Assembly (NCBI GenBank): GCA_045568075.1
Contig: JBJLBP010000001.1
Span: forward strand, 210,001-242,000
Length of the DNA stretch: 32,000 nt
Origin: Candidatus Thalassarchaeaceae archaeon
Lineage (GTDB): Archaea > Thermoplasmatota > Poseidoniia > Poseidoniales > Thalassarchaeaceae
Reading direction: 5' to 3'
In this document: positions 21,867 through 29,783 of the stretch, one piece after another
How the letters are laid out: each line of letters begins with the position of its first letter
Position numbering within the stretch: position 1 is the stretch's first letter
Made by a program: the position numbers and the translations under genes
The notes under the pieces: generated by a model
Databases searched by the model: none
What the model was told of the DNA's origin: nothing
What the model saw: the letters and a program-made list of their open reading frames with translations, nothing else

Positions 21867-24800
21867 GTGATCGAAATGGAGACAGTGAAGGTAAGGAGCA
21901 GTATTGCGATGGTACTCATCATGACGATGAGCCTATTCGCAACATTGGAATTCTCCGAAAGAGCAGAAGGAAGCGAGATAGTTTTGACAGACGCGATTCA
22001 GGTCGTGAATGGAGGAACACATAGTGACAGAATGGTATCAATGGACGCAGATTCATTCGGTAATACTCACTTTGTCTGGAGCAGAAACTCTCACCACCTT
22101 TACTACAAGATGTTGGATGCTCGAGGCGACGTTCTAATTGATGAAACCCAGATTTCCAACCCGGGAACTCACCGCGCTTGGCATCCTGATGTAGCAGTCG
22201 ATACTGACGACAATGTCCACATCGTTTGGGCTGACAAGTCAAATCAATGGTCGATTCTCTATACGCTCTTGGATCCATCTCAAGACGACCAAGACGGAAG
22301 CTCCGGATTAGATGCCGTTCTTTCAATAATTAACGACGAAGAAATCGCGAGCCACGCACAAAATCGAGATTGGCCAGCAATCGCAGTGGATTCTCAGAAG
22401 AACCCACACATTGTTTGGGAAGATGCCTATGAGCAGTTGGACAAATTCTACCAACAGCCTCAGATTTACTACAAGATGCTCGAAATAGACCTTCCCGGCA
22501 GGGAAGCGATTGTCGCCATTGAGGAAACTCTTCTAACTCCTATCATTGGACACAAGGGTCACCCCGATGTCGCCGTCGATGCTGACGATTTAGTGCAGGT
22601 CGTATGGGATGACACCCGCGGTGGCAAAGTGGAAATGGTCGTACCAATCGATACCTCGGGTTCGATGAATACCGAGTGGGCAGACATGTGTGTTGTTTTC
22701 TACGGCGGTAATTTCGCTAGCGGAGGATCCTTCGAAGGACTGAAGCCGATGCTCGTCGACGCCAACATGACAGTCTTCGAGACACTTTACGCACTCAGTG
22801 GTAATTGGCCTGCTGCAGCCACTTCCGGAACTTGCGCATCAGCTTACCAGACCGGAGGCTCAGGAAGTCAAGGGCCACGATCGACCCATCTCGGCCAGAC
22901 CCCTTCTGATGACTCTGGCGGCATCCGCGAGTTAACTGAAGTAGTCTACAATGGAGGAGCGGTAAATCTTCCACAAGACGGAGGATACTACTCCGAATTC
23001 TGGGGCCCGGCTTCAACATGGGCGTGCCTCTCATGGCGAGACGCGCAGGGCCGCATGGGCAATTCCGCCAATCCACCAACTCAACTAGACCACCGCTGGA
23101 ACCCGAACGCCACCAAGATCGTCATACCAATTTCAGACGAAGGTCCGTATGGTGGAGACCCTGCACAGCAGTCTGACGACACGCAGAGTATCAACGAGGC
23201 TCACGATGCCTGCGTCATCTCAGACATCGTCCCAGTCCCGCTGATGGCGGCAGGATGGGGCCAGGGCTCGACCGATGTCGGCTCTCACATGCAAGATTTA
23301 GCTCAATGTCCGAATGGATTCGTATCTGTAGGTACGCGTACCTGTCCTGGGACGACCACCCGTAATACCAATGCTGGCGGACAGATGTACAGTTTCCCTA
23401 CAGGGTCCAGTAGTGCTGCCGACCTACAATTAATGGTTGAAGCATTGGTTTACCTTGCAACCAACAACTCCCGTGAGATATTCATCTCAATCCTCGACCC
23501 ATACGCTCTACTCGAGAGCCCATGGGCCGGTTGGACCAAGGGCGACCCAGGAACAAAGGTCGTCAATAATCGATATGTCGAGGACATTGGCCCATCATCT
23601 GACCACCAAGGATACGGGCACCTCGTTGTCGTTAACGACACGAGAATCACTTTGCAGGATGCATTCAGTCTGCACCCTTCGATTGCTATCGACACATCGG
23701 GTAATACCCACATCGCTTGGATGGATGGCCGCGCTTACGGTTTTGATATCGCAGAAAATTACGAAATTTACTACGTACGACTTCGATTGCGCGGAGCAGC
23801 CGCATGGGACGGAGCACCAGAGGGGCTCCCATCCTACGGAATCAAGCAAATTACCGACTCAGTCATATCTACAGTTGAGGGAATCGATGGGGTCGACGAA
23901 GATCGGCCATATGGTGCTAATTCACACATGCCGGAAATCCTAACCGACTCATTCGACAATGTCCACATCTCTTGGCTGGACAATGGCAATGAGACTCAGG
24001 GCGAGACCGTCATGTATGTCCGCTTGAACCATACGAATGACGACTACCCTGAAGGATTCCCACTGAATTCTCTCGCTTGGGGAGTAATCGATCCGTGGGA
24101 GGTCCACGAGGTCTCTGAGTGGGAGTCGGACAAACTCGGCCCTAACTCACCATTCGCTCCTGACCTCGGCCAACCACCAGCATTCGCTAATGATTTGGGC
24201 AGTGGTGTCCACATCGCGTGGTCTGACACCAACAGGTGCAACGATCAGAATAATCAGGGCCAATACACAATCTGCTATGTGCACGTGCTAACAGGTCTTG
24301 TAGAGGTTGCTTTGACCGAGACTGAGACCTTCTATCATACAATTGAGCCTGGCCAGCAGACGACATACAATATGACGATCTCTAACCCTACACCAGGCCC
24401 TGCTGAACTGGTCGCGGACACTTACACAGTGTATCTGAGTGGCGTTCCAAACAACTGGACTGCGACACTATTCTTTGCAACCAACCATACGCCGATTTTC
24501 GATTCGACACCAGTATTCCTACGAGGAGGCGATATCGTATCGGTCTACATGCGCGTACGTGCGCCGACAATCTATCAGGCGGATGAGGACGAATTGGCGG
24601 CAATCACAGTCCATGCTCTCTCTCACAAAGATCCTGCAATCGCCGATGAGCGTCTGACACTCACACTGATGGATGTGGTCCACGGAATAAATCTCGACAC
24701 CAGTCACTTCCAAGTAGATGTTGAACAAGGCCAATCGGCGATTTTCTCAATCACTGTGACGAATACTGGGAACGTCTACGATACCTTTGCCTTCTACGAT

Positions 24801-26972
24801 CCGGCGTCGCCTGAGGGTCAAACAGAATGGGGCTTACCATTCGGCTGGGGTGTTTCCTTCCCGATATCGCTCTCTCTTGACCCAGGTCAGTCCGTGACTA
24901 GGAACCTGCAAGTCTCTGTTCCGACCTCTCAAGAACCCGGAACCTTCGTGATTTACCTCAAGGGGTGGTCGACAGGCGAACCGGTTCTTTCCATTGACCG
25001 AGGCACCTATGATGTTCTCGAACTTTGGGTGAATGTCTCGATTAGGAGTTCGGGTAATATCGTCTTTAACCTAGGTGAAACGACTCAGCACGTGCTCCCC
25101 GGTGAGTGCGCTGAGTTCGACATCGAGGTGACCAAGCATTTCACACCAGGTCACTTGATTTTCACTACACCTGGTGGGCCCGAGGAACGACCTCCGGAGA
25201 TTTCCGAATCGACTTGGCGCTATGATCACTGGACGGTTGACCTAGACTTCACAAATGCGCCGGGAGGCAATGGAATCGGAGATAATGATCCGAGATATTG
25301 GTCAATTATTGAGATGCCTTACACGGTTACTGCAATCATGTGCGCACCGTATAATGCGACAGCTGGCCTTGGAGATTCTACCACAGTCAAGGCTCATCTC
25401 GAAGGCGCACCGAGGGTGCGCGATTCGGTTGTCTTAGTGACTAATGTCATTCAGGTCTACGACCTTGAAGCATCTGTCCCTCAGACAATTCTGCAATTAC
25501 ATCCAGGGGAGTCGTTCCAACTTGACACAAACATCGCCAATGAGGGCAATGGCCCGGATCGCTACGATATTTCAGTAAATTCGATAGTCGATTCTAATGG
25601 TAATTCTGATGTCTGGGATCTTGACATTCCACGAGTGCTATTCGAAGAATTACCGCGCGATGCATCTCAAGATCTCGCTATTCACATCAATGTCCCAGAG
25701 AAGACCTACGCGGGCGAGTACGTTGTCCGCCTCGATGTCTTCAGTGAGGAACCTTACGAGGGTACGAAGCTCAGAGACAGCATCATTCTGAACATCGAGA
25801 TTGTAGAATTCCATGATATGAGGATTGAGCTTGATCCTGCGGTTGAATCGAGAATCAAGACAACCGCTCCCGGCAGAGTTGTGCGTTACACGATGAACGT
25901 CAGCAACTTTGGAAACGTGCCGGACCAACCGTCGATTCACAACCACACTCAGACCGGAGCGGGCTGGGATGCTATTCCAGGGATGAATACTCTAAGCGGA
26001 TGGCGAGTCAACTTCGCTTTACTCGAAGGATTTGACTCGGAATTCCCAATCGAGCGCCAATGCGTTCAATTGACTGTTGGAGATACTCCGGCACCGGATG
26101 AATGCTACAAGACAGCGGTCGGAACATCGGCTGGAACTGTGATGCTACCACAGATGCAGGCCTACACGACCCTGCATCTTGTTGCGATAATTCACATTGA
26201 CCCAGCCGCCGCTCTCAGTAATCGTGAGATTGGCATCAAGGTGCTCTCTGCCTTTGGCTCCGCCGAAACTGGCGGCGATTACGATGAGACCTCTATCTGG
26301 GATGATTCATGCACCATTGATATGAATGGCGATGGGCTGCCTGACAATACTCATCCGAACTGCGATAGTAACGAGCAAATTCTTGAATTGAGATTGCGCG
26401 CTCCAGATCTTGAGATCGTGAGTGTCCAAGCTGATCAGAAGAAGGCCAAGGTTGGCGAGATGCTGTCGGTCAACGTCCAGATTCGGAATATAGGTAATAT
26501 CCACGCCACTGATGTCAACGTAGTGCTCTGCGTAGATCAATCGAAGCGCTCGATTCAGAAGAACGGCTGTCACGAGGAGAATGTCGCATACCGACAACTC
26601 GTCGAAGCCATCATGCCGGTCGGCTCCAGTGGCGACGAAGATCCACCTTCACTGACGCTACTCTATCTGGTGAAGGCTGGATCTCATGATATCGCCGTTG
26701 TTCTCGATCCCGACAACATGATCGTCGAATCGAATGAAGAGAACAATATCGAGATGATTCCTGGCAAGATGGGCTCTAACCTAGGATTCATCGACGTAGG
26801 AGTCGAGATATTTGCTCAGTACTCCGTTCCAGCAATTATCCTCGGTGCCACAATTGCCCTGATGGGCGTTGCCGGCGTCGTGATGTATGGCCGCCGAATG
26901 GAGGCTCTGACTCGCTTCGCCGAGAAGAGCAGTCTGATAGCGAACCTCAGTGATGACGACCAAGTCTTCTGA
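21867..26972 (+). CDS. Giant cell-surface protein: signal/anchor, 7x propeller-like repeats with inserted vWA domain, multiple CARDB/Ig-like domains, C-terminal TM anchor
   Basis: 1701 aa (GTG at 21867; ATG at 21876 is an alternative start). N-terminal hydrophobic IAMVLIMTMSLFATL. Seven repeats of HP.VAVD..[GD]N.HIVW.D......IYY.xL. MIDAS DTSGS at nt 22650-22664. Several xVxNxGN domain signatures. Terminal CARDB-like domain ending LDPDNMIVESNEENNIE. TM helix VPAIILGATIALMGVAGVVMYG at 26826-26891, followed by a short tail. Confidence 0.85.
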   Translation: MIEMETVKVRSSIAMVLIMTMSLFATLEFSERAEGSEIVLTDAIQVVNGGTHSDRMVSMDADSFGNTHFVWSRNSHHLYYKMLDARGDVLIDETQISNPGTHRAWHPDVAVDTDDNVHIVWADKSNQWSILYTLLDPSQDDQDGSSGLDAVLSIINDEEIASHAQNRDWPAIAVDSQKNPHIVWEDAYEQLDKFYQQPQIYYKMLEIDLPGREAIVAIEETLLTPIIGHKGHPDVAVDADDLVQVVWDDTRGGKVEMVVPIDTSGSMNTEWADMCVVFYGGNFASGGSFEGLKPMLVDANMTVFETLYALSGNWPAAATSGTCASAYQTGGSGSQGPRSTHLGQTPSDDSGGIRELTEVVYNGGAVNLPQDGGYYSEFWGPASTWACLSWRDAQGRMGNSANPPTQLDHRWNPNATKIVIPISDEGPYGGDPAQQSDDTQSINEAHDACVISDIVPVPLMAAGWGQGSTDVGSHMQDLAQCPNGFVSVGTRTCPGTTTRNTNAGGQMYSFPTGSSSAADLQLMVEALVYLATNNSREIFISILDPYALLESPWAGWTKGDPGTKVVNNRYVEDIGPSSDHQGYGHLVVVNDTRITLQDAFSLHPSIAIDTSGNTHIAWMDGRAYGFDIAENYEIYYVRLRLRGAAAWDGAPEGLPSYGIKQITDSVISTVEGIDGVDEDRPYGANSHMPEILTDSFDNVHISWLDNGNETQGETVMYVRLNHTNDDYPEGFPLNSLAWGVIDPWEVHEVSEWESDKLGPNSPFAPDLGQPPAFANDLGSGVHIAWSDTNRCNDQNNQGQYTICYVHVLTGLVEVALTETETFYHTIEPGQQTTYNMTISNPTPGPAELVADTYTVYLSGVPNNWTATLFFATNHTPIFDSTPVFLRGGDIVSVYMRVRAPTIYQADEDELAAITVHALSHKDPAIADERLTLTLMDVVHGINLDTSHFQVDVEQGQSAIFSITVTNTGNVYDTFAFYDPASPEGQTEWGLPFGWGVSFPISLSLDPGQSVTRNLQVSVPTSQEPGTFVIYLKGWSTGEPVLSIDRGTYDVLELWVNVSIRSSGNIVFNLGETTQHVLPGECAEFDIEVTKHFTPGHLIFTTPGGPEERPPEISESTWRYDHWTVDLDFTNAPGGNGIGDNDPRYWSIIEMPYTVTAIMCAPYNATAGLGDSTTVKAHLEGAPRVRDSVVLVTNVIQVYDLEASVPQTILQLHPGESFQLDTNIANEGNGPDRYDISVNSIVDSNGNSDVWDLDIPRVLFEELPRDASQDLAIHINVPEKTYAGEYVVRLDVFSEEPYEGTKLRDSIILNIEIVEFHDMRIELDPAVESRIKTTAPGRVVRYTMNVSNFGNVPDQPSIHNHTQTGAGWDAIPGMNTLSGWRVNFALLEGFDSEFPIERQCVQLTVGDTPAPDECYKTAVGTSAGTVMLPQMQAYTTLHLVAIIHIDPAAALSNREIGIKVLSAFGSAETGGDYDETSIWDDSCTIDMNGDGLPDNTHPNCDSNEQILELRLRAPDLEIVSVQADQKKAKVGEMLSVNVQIRNIGNIHATDVNVVLCVDQSKRSIQKNGCHEENVAYRQLVEAIMPVGSSGDEDPPSLTLLYLVKAGSHDIAVVLDPDNMIVESNEENNIEMIPGKMGSNLGFIDVGVEIFAQYSVPAIILGATIALMGVAGVVMYGRRMEALTRFAEKSSLIANLSDDDQVF
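22632..23465 (+). other. vWA-like domain inserted within propeller-like repeat 4 of the giant surface protein
   Basis: VEMVVPIDTSGSM (DxSxS MIDAS start, D262 at nt 22650) and the later KIVIPISDEGP (D424 at nt 23136) fit vWA strand/MIDAS positions. Flanked by VQVVWDD (before) and REIFISILD (after), which together complete repeat 4. Boundaries are approximate. Confidence 0.6.
26406..26753 (+). other. CARDB-type domain (last extracellular domain before the TM anchor)
   Basis: DLEIVSVQADQKKAKVGEMLSVNVQIRNIGNIHATDVNVVLCVD...DIAVVLDPDNMIVESNEENNIE follows the CARDB pattern (V.V.N.G...a.nv.V.l......D..n.v.E.nE.NN). Confidence 0.6.
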
Positions 26973-27012
26973 CGAGGGGCCAATTACGGGCCTAGCCCAG
27001 TAGAGCGTGAGC

Positions 27013-27750
27013 TCAGCGGGCCAGCCACCAAGGCAGCGGTGTGCCTTCTCTAGCGGCGATGACGCTGCCGGTAGTAGATGCGAAATCCCGCAGGAGTCTC
27101 TCGCGTAGGCCATCCATCATCACCTCAGCCTGCATCGATTGAATTCGCAGACCTTGTGAGAAGAGATCGAGATCTAATGGTCTACGAGGATGATTCAGCA
27201 TCGCGTGTGCCAGTTGCCGCTCTTCGTAGGTCTCCGATGATTCGTCAATGGTAGGAGCCACTTTCTGCATCACTTGCTGATGCAGTGCGATAATTGCGTC
27301 GCGCTGCTCATCAATCTGCTCGAGCGTACGATCCATCTCAGAAAGCATCGACATGGCTTCGACCAGAGGAAGACGACGCCTGGTACCAATCTTGTCAATC
27401 ACGTCGTCGAGCCCCCCCGGAAGCCGCGAAGACAGACGTATTGGCCCGCCTTTCGGCATTGTGCGATGCTCAGCGCGAAACAGGTTTGGACCAAGATCGA
27501 GACGCAGTGAGAAGGATTGGTTAACGGTGTACATCTTCTTTGGAGGCCCACCTTTTGCGGAAGGTACCTTCTGTGATTCAACAAAGCCAGCAGCCTCGAG
27601 AACTTTCAGATGTTTGACGACAGCCTGCTGACTGATATCAAGCAATTCTGACAGTTGCAACGGGTAATGCGGTTCTTTGGCAAGACGCTTCAAAATGTCT
27701 CGACGTGCCTTGTTTTCGAGTATAGAGAGTGCCTCATCGAAGTCCACCAC
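27013..27750 (-). CDS. ArsR-type winged-helix transcriptional regulator with extended C-terminal domain
   Basis: 245 aa. N-terminal ARRDILKRLAKEPHYPLQLSELLDISQQAVVKHLKVLEAAGFVESQKV, then a roughly 150-aa helical-looking extension of unknown function. Confidence 0.7.
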   Translation of the reverse strand: MVDFDEALSILENKARRDILKRLAKEPHYPLQLSELLDISQQAVVKHLKVLEAAGFVESQKVPSAKGGPPKKMYTVNQSFSLRLDLGPNLFRAEHRTMPKGGPIRLSSRLPGGLDDVIDKIGTRRRLPLVEAMSMLSEMDRTLEQIDEQRDAIIALHQQVMQKVAPTIDESSETYEERQLAHAMLNHPRRPLDLDLFSQGLRIQSMQAEVMMDGLRERLLRDFASTTGSVIAAREGTPLPWWLAR

Positions 27751-27825
27751 GACTTACCAACTCAAGGTTGTCTAGTCAAAGGGGGAATAAAAACCCCGGT
27801 GTGGCTTGAAATCGCTTGACGGCGT

Positions 27826-28641
27826 TCAACCCTCATCCCATCCTTTCCAAGATTCTCCACCCTGCTCTCCGTCTTTATTCGTGCTCTGATCTGTATTGTT
27901 GGGTGGCTGGGATGCTACTTCGGCCGGCTGGCCGACAAAAGGATCAGGGACACTAGATGACCGGTTCTGTGCCTGCGTGATTCCGCTTTCATCTGCTCCC
28001 GATTCAGTCTGCTGTTGGGAGCGGTACAACTCATCCGTAGTCATCACACGACCTTCGATGACAATCCCCTTCACTTGCTGTTGGGGCGCATTCGAACGGC
28101 TACGGAAGGCAAGGATTGCAAAGATAATCGCGATGAGTCCAGCGATTAGGCCGAAGCAGCAAGTCCCGAACATAGCTAGAATTGTTGGGTTGGAAATAAT
28201 TTCCATCTCAGAAGTATAATCGTCGACGAGCCACAAAGTCGAGTCACCTTCGTTATGGAGGGTGTATGAGGCACTATCTTGGACAATAAAGGCTCGAACC
28301 GGTCGGTAAGTGGGGCCATTTTCCTCGATTAGTCTGTCAGTGTGGAGAAAGTGCGGAGCGTCTCCTTCGATTTCCGTTTCTCCACCCTCATCTACCAGAC
28401 GGAGGTCAGCAGAGGGGTCAGCGCCATCTTCGACAACCCTCAATGCGACGTAGTAATGACTGTCCAGCAAATCGATTGCCGCGCTTTCACCAGATTCGAG
28501 CCTTGCCACATTTTGCTTCTCTGGGTCGAGAACCGACCCCATCTCCTCCATGGCCTCGGGCATGACTAAAATGAAGGCGACGAACAATGCAATTGAGACT
28601 CCGGAAGCCCACATCGCAATACGGCGTGAGTCGAGGGCCAC
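27826..28641 (-). CDS. Hypothetical bitopic/two-pass membrane protein with Gln/Ser-rich C-terminal tail
   Basis: 271 aa. TM1 IAMWASGVSIALFVAFILVM, a roughly 130-aa acidic domain, TM2 ILAMFGTCCFGLIAGLIAIIFAILAF, and a low-complexity tail. Sits between top6A and the ArsR-like gene on the same strand. Confidence 0.6.
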   Translation of the reverse strand: MALDSRRIAMWASGVSIALFVAFILVMPEAMEEMGSVLDPEKQNVARLESGESAAIDLLDSHYYVALRVVEDGADPSADLRLVDEGGETEIEGDAPHFLHTDRLIEENGPTYRPVRAFIVQDSASYTLHNEGDSTLWLVDDYTSEMEIISNPTILAMFGTCCFGLIAGLIAIIFAILAFRSRSNAPQQQVKGIVIEGRVMTTDELYRSQQQTESGADESGITQAQNRSSSVPDPFVGQPAEVASQPPNNTDQSTNKDGEQGGESWKGWDEG

Positions 28642-28682
28642 ACCCGACTCACCACCCTGTCACATTTGATGCTTGGTTCGCA

Positions 28683-29783
28683 TCAACGCCCCATTATCTC
28701 GGCCAGTTTTTCAGGCAGATATGTGTCTGTAACGAAATCCAGGCCGTACTTGGCGAGCGATTGCTGCTCAGCTTTCTTACCATTCTCGAGCATGTCATTG
28801 ATTTGACGTTGCCACCATTGATCAGCAAATCTGGGGTCTGATAGTTCCGCGTTAAGTGCCTGTATATCCTTGCTTGACAAATCATCCGAAGGCAAATCAT
28901 ACGCAAGTATGTCATCAGCAGTGATTCCAAGATAAACTGCACTAGGAGTTGCAAGATATTCCGAAATGTGTGCGGTCTTGATGGCACCATAAGCGATTGA
29001 TGCGTAGATTCTGTAGGACCATGGATCACCGTCGAGGAAGACCAAAACAGGTAGATTCCATTCCTCGTTCATTCGCTTGATGATACGACGGGTTGAGCGT
29101 GCAGGCTGTCCTTTGAGGTGAATCAGTGCGCAGCGAGCCGCCTCGTCGAATCCATTTTCGATTAGCCGGTCGAACATACCACCTGTCTCTATTGCCATGA
29201 TGAAATCGACGTCATGCTCGATAAGGCGGAGTTTCTCAGCCTCGACATTGTAAGGCACTCCATAGCCGGAGTCGCCAACATCGTCGCGACAATTGATTCG
29301 CATCCATTCACCACGACGATTCCGCTCCTCGAAGGTGATATTCCCGATGATTCTGGCTCCATCTTCTTCGGGACGTAGCTTGAAGTCCTCCCGCATACAC
29401 TTGGTAATGATCTCTAGATCCTCAGCGAGATTGTTGCTCTCGTTCTGAGAGCCAAACTTGCCGTGACCCCAGCCCTCGGAGATGTAGTACATCTCCCTCA
29501 GGGTTGATGACTTACCAGCGTGAATCATCTCTTCGATGAATTCTGTGACGTGCAACGCTCTGAGTAATTGTCGCGCGGAACCGAGTGAAGTCGCATCCCT
29601 CGTCGATCGCTTCTTGCCATATTTGTAGACGCCGAGTTTTGAGTCGAATGCGATGTTTTTCTTGGTTCGAACAGGCAGGGTCATCGTCGGTGGCTCGCCT
29701 TTGAGCATCTTGTTGTGCATTTCACCGGCGATATCGTGCAGCGCCTCGATTACCTGTTCCTTCGTATATCCATTCGCACTCAT
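28683..29783 (-). CDS. top6A: DNA topoisomerase VI subunit A (Spo11-like)
   Basis: 366 aa. The Toprim block AIETGGMFDRL...VFLDGDPWSYRIY and N-terminal winged-helix region match the family pattern. The start ATG overlaps the top6B stop (ATGA at 29780-29783). Confidence 0.9.
   Translation of the reverse strand: MSANGYTKEQVIEALHDIAGEMHNKMLKGEPPTMTLPVRTKKNIAFDSKLGVYKYGKKRSTRDATSLGSARQLLRALHVTEFIEEMIHAGKSSTLREMYYISEGWGHGKFGSQNESNNLAEDLEIITKCMREDFKLRPEEDGARIIGNITFEERNRRGEWMRINCRDDVGDSGYGVPYNVEAEKLRLIEHDVDFIMAIETGGMFDRLIENGFDEAARCALIHLKGQPARSTRRIIKRMNEEWNLPVLVFLDGDPWSYRIYASIAYGAIKTAHISEYLATPSAVYLGITADDILAYDLPSDDLSSKDIQALNAELSDPRFADQWWQRQINDMLENGKKAEQQSLAKYGLDFVTDTYLPEKLAEIMGR

Noticed and set aside
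21919-26597. Numerous 60-170-aa ORFs on both strands inside the giant surface-protein gene (e.g. 21919-22326, 22795-23079, 23437-23943, 25650-25946, 26307-26597)
   Set aside because: They are entirely nested within a 5.1-kb ORF that has coherent repeat and domain structure. None has motifs of its own.
27274-27631. + strand ORFs antisense to the ArsR-like regulator, and 27896-28219 / 28342-28569 antisense to the membrane protein
   Set aside because: These are shadow ORFs. The minus-strand products have clear HTH or TM features.
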